This document shows, piece by piece, positions 36,768 through 48,819 of a DNA stretch of 64,000 nt. The translations under genes were made by a program, and so were the position numbers. The number at the start of each line of letters is the position of its first letter. The first letter of the stretch is position 1. Location: contig OZ024741.1 of the NCBI GenBank assembly GCA_964016885.1, positions 169,508,001 to 169,572,000 on the forward strand, in the 5' to 3' direction. Under the pieces are notes generated by a model, which had not been told where the DNA came from, searched no databases, and saw only the letters and a program-made list of their open reading frames with translations. The DNA is from Eledone cirrhosa (taxonomy: Eukaryota).

Positions 36768-38050
36768 AGGTGCTACTAGTTATGTTTAAAAAATATATAT
36801 ATTTACATAAGTTTTGACATCATCTCTTTCGAATTAGTCATCTTGCGCAGTAATGCACTGGTCCCACCATTTCTGTCACTTTTGGAATCCGTTCTGGAAG
36901 TTGTGTTCCGTAAGCGAGTTGAGGATCTTCTGTGATTTGCTCTTGATCTTTGCAATGGTGTTAATACAGTGACCTTTGAGCTGCATTTTCAGCTTGGAGA
37001 AGAGATGGAAGTCTACAGGTGATAAATCTGGCAAATAGGGTGAGTGCAGAAGCAATACAATGTTGTTTTTAGCAAGAAACTCATGAATGAGGAGAACTCG
37101 GGGACAGGGTCCATTGTTGTCTTGAAGAATCCAATTCTTCGTGCTCCACAGATCCAGTCTTTTTCGCTGAATGTCCTCCCTCAAATACCTCAAAACGTTG
37201 CAGTAGAACTCTTGATTGACCATCTAGCCCTGGGGGAGGAATTCCCAATGCAGAGTACTGTGGATGTCAATAAAAAATGATGAACATGCTCTTGATTGAG
37301 CTGTGGCTCTGTCATGCCTTCTTCCATCGTGGAGATGACGGGCTTTTCCACTGTGTCAACTGCTGCTTCATCTCAGGGTCGTACCCATAGACCCAACTCT
37401 CATCACCGGAGATCATCCTTGACATAAAGGATGGTTCATCAGCGGCACACACACTGTCAAGAGATCTTGACAGACTTTGACGAGATGTTCTTTTTGCTCA
37501 GTGGTCAGCAGGTTGGGGACAAACTTGGCAGCGACATGCATCATGTTTAATTCAGACATTAGGATTGCCTGCATGGATCCATACAACAGACCAACAGTAT
37601 CAGCCATATTGTTGATTGTCCTCCGACGATCCTCATGCACAAGCTGATTAATTTTCTCCACATTTCTTGGGGTGATGTCTTCCAGATCACTTGTCATCTT
37701 CCAGGGACGTTTTTCCACTTTTGAAGTGGTCACGCCACTCGAAACATTGTGTATGACTCATTGCAACGTTACCGTAAGCTTGCCAAAACATGCTCAATGT
37801 CTCTGTAGCAGACTCCCCAAGTTGAACACAAAATTTCATGTTGGCTCTTTGTTCCAACTTCCTGTTCATGACAAAATGGCAGTCTACAACATAGACATGA
37901 TCACAAAAACATAAATTTCACAATTTGCGAAGTGAACACAGTAATGTCACTCGGCACACTGGCGCATGAAGGTCATTGCGCTTGCAACCGTGTGTTGCCA
38001 TCTGTTGGCGCGCTACAAAACTAGTCCAGAAACGTTTTGATACCACCTCG
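36766..38050 (-). mobile_element. Mariner transposon fossil
   Basis: Frameshifted ORFs EQRANMKFC..LG, AKFVP.LLT, DN and P.LPDLSP.DF.LF. Right TIR TTTTGATACCACCTCG followed by TA, left TIR degraded. Confidence 0.9.
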
Positions 38051-39506
38051 TATATATACATATCAGTCAGTTATATATGAGCAAGACCCGGCCACCTGAC
38101 CCAACTTGTCTCTTATGGGACAACCCGTCTAACCCATGCTAGCGTGGAAAATGGACGTTAAACGATGATATATATATACTCTCAGGTTTTATATAATGTC
38201 ACCCCTCCCCCGCTTATTAATTTTTCAGATTTTTCCACCCCATCCCCAGCTCATTAATTTTTGCTAATCAATCTCTTGTAAAATTTTATTGTAAGTGATT
38301 CATATGGAAAATCTAATAATGATTTTATTTTACATTAAAACCCATTATATATGACAAACAAAGAATATTACAAGAAATCCCATATTTATGAATATATACT
38401 ATACAATTACCAATTCCACTCTCCCCACTTATAAGAATTTAAGCAAATGTCCCCCCTCCCCCCTGTTATTTGGGACCTGAGAGTATACATATATATACTT
38501 ATAAACCTACAGTCAGTAGGCACCTCTTAATCAAATATACACCCCCCATCCCACTACGCCCCTCCTCATCAACACCACCCCTTTCTCTGTAAAGTTATGT
38601 TTGTACCACAACATCCAGTCCTAAATAAATGAGGTCGTGTAGGTGTCACGACAAAAAACACACAGTCCACGCTGTAATGTGGCCGTGTAGGTAACACGGT
38701 AAAAACCTCCCAGTCCACACTGTAAACGTGGTTGGTGTTAGGAAGGGCATCCAGCTGTAGAAAACCTGCCAGACAGTCCTGAGCAAGACAACCAATCTTG
38801 CCTCAAGTGGGACAATTCCCGTCCAGACCCATGCTAGCATGGAAGATGGACGTTAAACGATGATGATGATGACATACTTCCTTACTTAATATATGTCAGT
38901 ATGACTTGTCACATTCATTATATTAAATTTCATGTTTAAGCCGATGAGTAACATTGTGAGCATATGTACACACATACATAAGCATGTAATTTCAGAATAG
39001 TGTGTATCTACTTACACACACACACATATATACACAATGTGTGTGTATATATATATATTGACATTCCATGTTATATATATATATATAAAGTGCCAGAGTT
39101 CCGTGTGGAAAGAAGACCTAGGCAACAGAGGTGAGGGTGGATCTGAAAACGCTGAACCTCACAGAGGAAATAACAAAGGAATGCAGTAGATGGATTGAAA
39201 TTGGGCTGGAAAAGACCAGTCCAACCCATGCAAGCATCGAAAAATGCATGTAAAATATATATATATATGCAAAAAGTAAACAAAAGTACACGGTAAAACA
39301 CGGTAAAAACACGGTAAAACACGGTAAAAACCTCCCAGCCCACACTGTAAACGTGGTTGGTGTTAGGAAGGGCATCCAGCCATAGAAAACCTGCCAGACA
39401 GTCCTATACGAGTGAGACGACGAATCTTGTCTCAAGTGGGATAATTCTCGTCTAAACCCATGCTAGCGTGGAAGATAGACATTAAACGATGATGATGATG
39501 ATGATG

Positions 39507-39536
<30 letters not shown>

Positions 39537-39538
<2 letters not shown>

Positions 39539-39633
39539 GGGTGTTCCAAAAATGTATAAACACTTCAACAGCATTCTAATAAATATTGCCTGTATAGGTA
39601 ATCAAAGTGTGTATACATTTTTTGGGGACACCC

Positions 39634-39635
<2 letters not shown>
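39537..39635. mobile_element. Tc1/mariner-like mini-MITE (99 bp)
   Basis: ~30-bp TIRs CAGGGTGTTCCAAAAATGTATA/TATACATTTTTTGGGGACACCCTG inside TA/CA repeats. Confidence 0.75.
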
Positions 39636-39669
<34 letters not shown>

Positions 39670-40051
39670 CAAAGTATTGAAACGATCAAATTTTAGTTTA
39701 GAACATCTATTAGCTGACAATTGTTTCTTCCAGAGGAAAGTCTGGAATCATCGGAGCATAAGGAATGTTGAAACATGTAACTAAAATCCTAGTCATTTAG
39801 AACATTTATTACTATATATATATATGTGTGTTGCTGTATTTCAACAATATCACTGATAAAATGTTATATACATCTGTTGGTTTAGAAAAGGACAGAGAGA
39901 CAATAAATACATGTTTTAAAGAACTTTGATGGAAAAGACATACAAACAGATATACTATATTTATAATATATACAAACATGGAATATATATTTGAGTAGAG
40001 TACACACAACTGGTTTGTAAGATGTCTAATTGCAGTCCATTTTTCTTTTAG

Positions 40052-40160
40052 TGACTTCATGATCAAAATCACAGATGTACGAAATTCTAAACAGAAAACT
40101 CTCCAAGGACACGGAGCTCCAATATTAAGTGTGGCTTTACACCCCAAGGGAATCTTTCTG
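40052..40160 (+). CDS. WDHD1: WDHD1 exon 4 (DFMIKITDVRNSKQKTLQGHGAPILSVALHPKGIFL)
   Basis: TTTTAG acceptor, GTTTGT donor. WD40 GH..P.LS motif, frame consistent. Confidence 0.93.
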
Positions 40161-40313
40161 GTTTGTTAGCTTCTCTTTCTCTCTCCCTATATTAGGACCT
40201 GATACTTCAATTTTGTGTGACATCACACTCTAAACAAATATTTTCCAGTTTCTTTAACCTAGTCACTCTCTCTCTTTAACTTACTATCCCAAGACATGAC
40301 TTTTAAATATTAA

Positions 40314-40532
40314 CCCTTTAGCATTCACATTATTTTATATATACTATTATATTTTCATGGTAAAGGCTTTACCTCACATAATATCTCACATAATATCGAG
40401 TCTATGAGATTTTGAAAGTATTTATTTTGAGAACGATACCTTAATATCAGTTTGAGTGACCAGTTATAGCCAGTTTCAACAGAAAGAGGTAAAGAATTCT
40501 GGCCGGTTTTGGCCGGTTTGATCACTAAAGGG
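40314..40532. mobile_element. piggyBac-type TTAA MITE; copies at ~54459-54686, 55405-55611, 55830-55975, 59090-59301, 59721-59935, partial 3799-3890
   Basis: TTAA|CCCTTTAG ... CTAAAGGG|TTAA, homologous interiors. Confidence 0.85.
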
Positions 40533-41603
40533 TTAAATATTGCATAATAATGATGATAATGACCACAACGAGCCAGAAAATGTCCTTGACTGAGACAGAC
40601 CTAAGATACTTTATTGCAGGTCTACGGCATAACAGCAAGATAATTCCAACTCATTGGAGTTGTAGGCCCAATACCACTAAAATTGAAAGTGTGTGGCCTA
40701 GTGGAAAGGGTGTTGAACTTACGATCATAATGTCATAGGTTCAATTCTTGGACTGGGTTGTGTGTTGTGTTCTTGAAAAACGCTTTATTTCATGTTGCTC
40801 CTGTATACTCAACTGAAAATCAGTACCAGCAACAGCTGGGTGTTTAACTCCACAATGGACTGGCATCCTTTTCAGGGGAATTCTTGTACTCTTAGTTACT
40901 TCATGCCATGGAAACCGGGATAAGTACTGTCCTGATGAGCTTCTAGGCTTGAGACAGACTTTAGACTTTAAACCACTAAAATTAAGCAGGTGTCTTGAGC
41001 AAATAGATCTTGAAATATAAATTGCATTTATACAAAAACTGCCCTGCTGGGCTCTGAACATATGTTCAGAAAGGTACTGTCTGTTTAAAGTCTTTGTTGA
41101 GACTCAACAGGTAGTAGATGTTCCAGTCATCATCATATTTACTATACAAACCATCAGTAATGTTAATAACATTGATATTAATGTAAAAGGTAATCATAAC
41201 AGAAAGCCATCAAAGTTCTGTAGTTCCTTTTGCTTTCTATGGAGCATTGGGCAATGAGTGATCTCCATTCTCCATGGTTGTATGCTCTTTTATGAGCCTC
41301 CTCCCAGGCCAGGCCCATGTCTGCCAAGGCTTCCTCCACAGTCCTCAACCAGAGTATGCCTTGCTTTCTTTACCCTCTTTCTGGCTTCTATTTGAGGGAG
41401 CCCCTCACTAGTCTCTTTTTATGGATATACGTAGCACATGGCCTTACCAGTAATGGTATCATGCAAATTACTCAACTGGGCCCTTTTCATGCCCTCCATT
41501 TGTGATGTGATCATGCCAAGAAACCCAAAGATGACCATAATAATTTTTCTTTCATAAAAATGTGTTTCTCTGTTGAATAAAAATTCCCTTGGTTCCATTT
41601 CAG

Positions 41604-41701
41604 GCATCGTCCAGTTGTGATGGATCTTACCGGGTTTGGTCAATGTCTACCCACACCACCCTGAAGATATGGAATGGTTTGACCCGTTGCAGTGATGTGA
41701 G
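41604..41701 (+). CDS. WDHD1: WDHD1 exon 5 (ASSSCDGSYRVWSMSTHTTLKIWNGLTRCSDV)
   Basis: TTTCAG acceptor, GTAAGA donor. AS.SCDGS.RVW motif. Confidence 0.93.
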
Positions 41702-42920
41702 GTAAGAGTCTTTCATTGTCCTTATTTTTAACCCCTTTGATACGAACATGGCCAAATTTGGCTTTAGCTTTATGAAACAACATCACCTATTTTAAAGGGT
41801 TCCTATTTAATTTTATATCTTCCAACATCATTTTATATAAGAACCATGTGTTAAGTTACTATTCTTAGTTATGGAATATTGAATAATTTTAGTAAGTCTC
41901 TCAAAATTCTTCATTAATTAATTGAAATATGACAGTCATAAAAGGATTAATTAAACGAGGTGTTGTCCTGTTACTCCTCTGGGAGAGCTGTAGTTATATC
42001 GAATAAGAACTGACTTGGACTGTGACACCTGTTTAACCTATATCGGCATTGAAAGTGGATGTTGAATGATGATTTTGTTACTTCCTGGTCTTGCATATTT
42101 AACAAAAAATTTGTGGGGATTGACAGAATTATTAAGGTGTCAGATTAAATTCCTTGGCTCACTGTTTTCTGTGTACTTTGAAGTCCCTTTACTCTATGTT
42201 GTAGACAATCTTGCTGTTAGAAATACAGTGAGTCTGAATCGTCTGTTAAAAATCTGTATCTAATTTTCACAGTTGTACACAAATTATGAATAATAGATAA
42301 TCATAAAATGAAAATATCTAAGAATTATTTGGTGCTGTGTGATTTTGCATTATATATTGATTACAAAGAATCGTTAGAGCATTGGATAAAAGGCTTTGCA
42401 GCATTTGTTCCTGCTCCTTATATTTTGATTTCATATCCCGCCGAGGTCAACTTTACTTTGCATCCTTCTGGGATCAATAAAATAAAGTACCATTTGATAT
42501 AATTGACTTTTATCTTCTATATATAAATTTGAGTGACTCCTGTCCATCTGTGACACGTGTGTGTGTTTGTGTGAAGTAAGGAAGGGGATGGTGAAAAATC
42601 TATAGCAAAAAAGCAGCTGGCATTCCATTTTCTACACTGTGTGGGAGTGTATGTGTGTGTTTGTGTGAATGTATGTCTGTGTGAGTGTATTTTTTGTAAG
42701 TGCCTCTGTGTTTGCGTATTTATGTTTATATACTCATACATATAAATGTATGCATGTACACATATTACAATCACATATGGATTGAAAAAAATCCTAGTTG
42801 CCCAAATTGCTGGGTTTGTGCCAATGCTTGAATTGATTACATATCTTGGATGTATTGCATGCATATATTTTTCATGGGCAGTAACACATTCCTATTTTCT
42901 TCTTTTGCTCTTGTCCACAG

Positions 42921-42966
42921 CCTAACAAAATCACTTTGCCGCTTATGTTGGGATCCTCTTGGAAAT
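42921..42966 (+). CDS. WDHD1: WDHD1 exon 6 (LTKSLCRLCWDPLGN)
   Basis: CCACAG acceptor, GTAAGT donor. Resembles KSICRLAWQP, phases 2/0. Confidence 0.9.
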
Positions 42967-44113
42967 GTAAGTTTTGTAGACATTTAGTATTGATATAAGC
43001 AGATTGTCTGCACATTTCTGAATATGTGTTTGAGGGTTAATGCAGCTACTATATACAGAAACATTGTTGATTATATCTTAAAAATAAAAATAAATGTATT
43101 TACATCAATGATAGTGGATAAGAACATAATTAGTTTTAGATTAAAAATAAAATCTTTTAGTTTAAATTCAGGTTTGTATGATGTAAGAATCTAAAAAGAG
43201 ACTTGATGATCATTGAGGATTTTGCTGATCAAAATGTAGTGTTGGTGTAAATATTTAAAAAATGCTTTAGCTGTTAAATTATAAAATTAAATTTAACTCT
43301 CTGGCTCTATGATACAAATCATTTCATTTTAAATTAAAAATTTTCATTGTAATTTTATATGAGAACTTTTTTCTTAATTCTTAACATCTAGCATTGCATC
43401 GAACCACATTGACAAGACATTCTTGAATAGTATAAAGCAGCACTACAATTGCATTACATTAAACATTTAAGTTTTTACTCTTATAGTGCAAAGTTTCACA
43501 ACAATTTTTCTACTAGTAAAGATATAAGCATTTAAATTAACAAACCACTTCTGTGAGTTAAGTTATGTTCCCAACAAGAGCTTAATAACAACAAAGGTAT
43601 TTTACTCGAACCACCCAAATACTTGATTAGCCTCAAAACTAGCGAAAAGCCTTAGGTTGTGTTTTTCATGAGAATATAGTTACAAAAAGGTTTAAAAAGC
43701 ATATTGACTCTCAAAATTCTCTTTAAGTTCTAAGTATATATGTAAGAATATGTTCTGTAAATTATGATGGATCCTCTGGCAGTTTTGACGATGGGCATGC
43801 AGTTTGATTAACTGAACGCACACGTACACATGCCCATTTGATATTTGTCATACACTGATCCTCGAATATGAAGGAGCCTTCACTTGATTACTTGATCTGC
43901 TAGAAAAAGCAACCAAATCTCCCTCAAATCACACCTTACCATCTTCAAAAAAGAAAAGATATTTGATAATGTATTGTTGGATATACAGTAAATCAGAATG
44001 ATTATGCCTATTCTATATGTTCAAGACATAGTTGATTGGGGCTACCTGGGGTTAAATAACAATAACAACTACAGCATAAAAGCAAAAAAAACTAAAAGAA
44101 AATTATTTAAAAT

Positions 44114-45044
44114 CAAAGGTTCTCAAGTTTTTTAAAAGCCCCCCCCCCCCCCCCCCCCCCTCATGGCCACATAATACCCTCAGCGCCCCCATCCCTATTT
44201 CCAGAGAGACCTCCCTACACGCAAATTGTAAATAAAATCGCTAATTTATATATACTGAATAATATAATATATTGATGATGATGATGATGATGACAGTCGA
44301 TCGACTCTCATCAAATCGGACTGAGGAAGCAATTTTTCCATTGGTCTTTCCAATTGCTAATACTATCTCCAGGTAGATGGAGCGATGTGGAATAAAGTGT
44401 CTTGCTCAAGGACATAACGCATCGCCCAGTCCAGTAATTGAACTCACAATCTCATGATTGTGAATCCAATTCTCTAACTACTCAGCCATGCGCCTTCACA
44501 TATATTTATTTATGCATAATATATATTATCATCATCATCATCATTTCATTTTACGTCCGCTTTTTCCCTGCTTGCAAGGGTGGGACGGGAACTGATTCTG
44601 GCTTGATTTCTACAGCTGGATGCCCTTCCTAACACCAACCTCATTTACAGTGAGTGCTGGGTGCTTTTTTGCCGTGGCGCCTACACGTCCACTTTGCAGT
44701 GGAATGATATGGACCCCAGTCCCTATCATCTCATTTCTACAGCTGAGTAAACTGGAGCAATGTGAAATAAAGTGTCTTGCTCAAGGAAACAACACATCAC
44801 CCGGTCTGAGAATTGAACTCACAACCTTTCGATTGCAAGGCCAATGCTCTAACCACTAAGCCATGTGCCTCCATTATGCGTAAATAAATAAATATATATT
44901 TTATTATTTTACTATATTTATATATAATATGTATCATTTGATATTTAATATACTATTATATCATCTCTACCCCCCCCCCCCCCCCCCTCCCCCCGGGTTC
45001 TCAACATCACCAGGGGGCAGTACTGCCCACTTTGAGAACTTCTG
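44114..45044. mobile_element. hAT/Charlie-like MITE with nested SINEs; partial sibling at ~33695-33974
   Basis: TIRs CAAAGGTTCTCAA/TTGAGAACTTCTG, 7/8 TSD (TTTAAAAT/TTTTAAAT). Confidence 0.75.
44528..44873 (-). mobile_element. SINE family B copy
   Basis: Reverse complement of 455-790. Confidence 0.9.
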
Positions 45045-45088
45045 TTTTAAATAATTTAATGTTTTCTTTTCTGTTTTCTCTTTTGTAG

Positions 45089-45181
45089 AATCTGCTGGTT
45101 CCTGTTGAAAAGGAAATTTTTATATATGATTCAAACACCTGGAATAAAACTGCAACTTTAACCGACGCAAAGATAAAAGAA
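45089..45181 (+). CDS. WDHD1: WDHD1 exon 7 (NLLVPVEKEIFIYDSNTWNKTATLTDAKIKE)
   Basis: Long pyrimidine tract plus TTGTAG, donor GTAAGA, 93 nt, phase 0/0. LL.PVEK motif. Confidence 0.9.
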
Positions 45182-45311
45182 GTAAGAAATTTATATTCAT
45201 CATCACCATCATAAACATTGTTCTCATCTTTGTTATCATTATTATGATTATCATTACTGGGATCTTTATTATTGCCTTTATAGTCATCATCATCCTCAAC
45301 AGTTTTATCAT

Positions 45312-45348
<37 letters not shown>

Positions 45349-45349
45349 T

Positions 45350-46350
45350 AGCTCTTTCAATTGCGCAGAGGGTTCTATAGAAATAGTGGACAGCTTCCGT
45401 TACCTGGGCGATAAAATCAGCAGTGGGGGAGGGTGCTCTGAAAGTACTGTAGCTAGAGTCAGAACTGGTTGGAAAAAGTTCAGAGAGCTTATACCACTAT
45501 TAGCTGCTAAAGGGTTCTCCCTAAAAATGAAAGGCAGGTTGTACGATGCCTGCATACGAACAGCAATGCTGCATGGCAGTGAGACCTGGGCATTGTGTGC
45601 AGAGGATATACGCAGACTAGAGAGGAACGAAGCTTGCATGCTCCGCTGGATGTGTAACAGTAATATACGTGAACGGCAAAGCATAAACGAACTAAGGAAA
45701 AAATTAGAGATAAGAGGGATCAGATGTTGTTTACTCGAGAGAAGGCTACGTTGGTATGGACATGTGATGCGCATGAAAGTCGATAGCTGTATAACAAAGT
45801 GCAGGGCAATAAAGATAGACGGTAGTCACGGAATAGGCAGACCTAGAAAAACCTGGGACGAGCTGATAAACTCCGACATCACACACTTACACCTCTCCAA
45901 GACAATGTCACTGGACCGAGACCTTTGGCGGTACTCAGTAACAGAGAAGACCCGCCTTACCTAAATATATAGTAAAACCTACTCCAGCCAGTAGGCATCT
46001 CTAACAAAATACACCCCGTCCCACCCCCACCCCATCCACACCACCCCGTTCTATGTAAAGTTATGTTGGTGCCGCGCCATCGAGGCCGAAACAAATGAGA
46101 TCGTGTAGGTGTCACGACAAAAAAACACACAGTCCACGCTGTAATGTGGCCGTGTAGGCAACACGGTAAAAACCTCCCAGACCCACACTGTAAATGTGGT
46201 TGGTGTTAGGAAGGGCATCCAACTGTAGAAAACCTGCCAGACAGTCCTATGCGAGCAAGACAATCACTCTTGCCTCAAGTGGGACTACCCCCGTCCAAAC
46301 CCATGCAAGCGTGGAACACGGATGTTAAACGTTGATGATGATGATGATGA
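45350..46350 (+). mobile_element. RTE LINE 3' fragment with long 3' UTR; related UTR at ~38500-38872
   Basis: 192-aa ORF 45386-45964 homologous to the RTE C-terminus, (GAT)n tail. Confidence 0.9.
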
Positions 46351-46357
46351 TATATAT

Positions 46358-46730
46358 AGAGGCACATGGCTTAGTGGTTAGAGCATTGGCCTTGCAATCG
46401 AAAGGTTGTGAGTTCAATTCTCAGACTGGGTGATGTGTTATTTCCTTGAGCAAGACACTTTATTTCACATTGCTCCAGTTTACTCAGCTGTAGAAATGAT
46501 ATGATAGGACTGGGGTCCCTATCATTCCACTGCAAAGTGGTCGTGGAGGTGCCACAGCAAAAAAGCACCCAGCCCACACTGTAAAGTGGACGTGTAAGCG
46601 CCACGGAAAAAAAGCACCCAGCACTCACTGTAAATAAGGTTGGTGTTAGGAAGGGCATCCAGCTGTAGAAATCAAGCCAGAATCAGTTCCCGTCCCACCC
46701 TTGCAAGCAGGGAAAAGCAGACGTAAAATG
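46358..46730 (+). mobile_element. SINE family B copy with an internal duplicated unit
   Basis: Matches 455-790. Confidence 0.9.
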
Positions 46731-46834
46731 ATATATATATGAAAACACAAACTTAAATAATTTTGAAAACCAAACCAAATATTAGAAAGAAAATTAAATC
46801 GCTAAGATAACAAAAGAATCTTAGCAAATTTAAT

Positions 46835-46878
46835 AATCCTAAATATTTTCGGTTTTAAAAACCCATTATCAAGGGACT
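46835..46878 (-). ncRNA. Candidate minimal type I hammerhead ribozyme
   Basis: aguccc-UUGAUAA-ugggUUUUUAAAAcc-GAAA-auau-UU-aggauu. Confidence 0.4.
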
Positions 46879-48083
46879 ATCCCTGTGAAGGTCTTACAGG
46901 TTTGGTCAGAGATGACATGTTTGAAAGGCAGATTTAAGTTAAATGAAATGAAAAGACGTTAAAATTTCAAACGTGCACGTTGTGAAATGTTTACAGAAAA
47001 TTGTTTGATATTTGCATGTGTGTGAGTGAATGTAAGTGTGCTTAGTGAGATGATTGTATGTAAGTTTATGTATTGAAAGGCGTGTGCGAATATGTATATA
47101 AAAAGGGAAAATATGTGTGTGATATATGTATGTGTGTGTGAGAGTCTAGCAACGGGCCACTGAGATGTTAGAATACAGACTTTTAAATTCCTTTTTTATT
47201 ATATATACATTATAATTGTTTCTTCTTTTGGCACAAGGCCAGCAATTAACCAGTGCATTACTGGTACTTTATTTTATCGACCCCGTAAGGATGAAAGGCA
47301 AAGTTAACCTCGGTGTGATTTGAACTCAGACCATAAAGGGTCGTAACTCTATGCTTCAAATCATGGCGTCTGACCCTCTACCGATACTGCCAATCCACCG
47401 ATATATATAATTGTTTCTACTTTTGGCACAAGGCCAGACATTATCCAGTGTATTACTGGTACTTTATTTTATCGACTCCGTAAGGATGAAAGGCAAAGTT
47501 AACCTCGGCGGGATTTGAAGTCAGAATGGCAAGGGCTGTAACTCAATGCGTCAAAGCATGGCGCCCGACCCTCTACCGATACTGCCAATCCACCACATAT
47601 AATGTATTATATACATTATAATGTTATAGCTTAATTGCTGTATGTTATTGTTTTGTCTTGTCTTTTACTCCACGGACAGCGCTTTTGCTTGTGTCAGATG
47701 CTGGTGACCCCAGGTGGAACAGCAGTGCTGTCGGTAGGAGTTGAAACTGCCAAAGACTATCTTGATGGCTGAAAACCTTAGAGTTCTGTGTCTTTCCTTT
47801 ATCTTTATATTTAAAAAAAAAAATTGTTTTTAAGGTTTCCCCTTTTAAAAAAATGCTTTTTCGTTCTGCTTTGTTTTCGTTCGTTGTCTTCTCTTTGTTA
47901 ATTTCCCTAATTTTATTACACATATATATATATATATTTTATAAATATGTCATCATCATCACAACTTTACGTCCACTTTTCCAGATAGATTAGATTTCTT
48001 AAATCTTTTATTACATTTAAAAAAATGTTTTAATACATATAATAAAACTAGTACTTATGCTATGACAAAGGAATATATATATA

Positions 48084-48815
48084 CTAGCAGAATGGCCCGG
48101 TGTTGCTCGGGATTTGCTCTAGGGTTCTTATATATTTATCCTTATCGAGCCTCGTGAAATAAATATGTTTGTTTATATTTTGTTATTGCGTACGCAAAAA
48201 TATCTGTACACGAATATATATAACAGTACAGAGAAGTACGGAATACCTCGGCCTCGGGATGGTGTCTACATTTTGTCCTTATAAAGAAAATAAATACTTT
48301 TGTTTATATTTTGTTATTGTGTATGCAAAAATATCTGTACACGAATATATAATTATATATATATATATATATTAAAATAACAAATTAAAGTTTAAGCAAA
48401 GAATTGCTGCTTTCATCCTTAACGGGATCTTCTGAAACTAAAAAAATCAATCTGTGAACGCAGAAGTAAATATTTCGAAAAACGTCACACACCATATATA
48501 TATATATACACACACTATATATACATATATATGCTAGTGTGGAAGATGGACGTTAAATGATGATGATGACACACACACCGTGTCATAATGTCGTAATGCA
48601 GACAGCTAGACATGCAAACATATTATAAGGGCGCAACGTTATATCTATTTATCTATCTAAAAAGAGAAAGACTAAGAATTATAGAGAGAGATCGCTAAAT
48701 TGCCTAATGCCTCACATGTATTACATGTGTAAAGTTTGAAAACAATCGGTTGAGTGGTTCTCGAGTTTTAGTGAGCTGACAGACAGACAGACATTCTCTG
48801 TTTTAGATATATAGA
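48084..48815 (-). mobile_element. Non-autonomous Helitron (family A-like)
   Basis: Minus strand A|TCTATATATCTAAAA ... CCCGAGCAACACCGGG..CTAG|T. Confidence 0.8.
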
Positions 48816-48819
48816 TATA

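Noticed and set aside
38935-38972. CCGATGA..GAGCATATGTA hammerhead-like relic
   Set aside because: Two core defects and no stem I pairing.
40905-40950. GAAAC...CTGATGAG as a type II hammerhead
   Set aside because: Stems I and III do not pair. It is the 3' tail of an old SINE (40690-40968).
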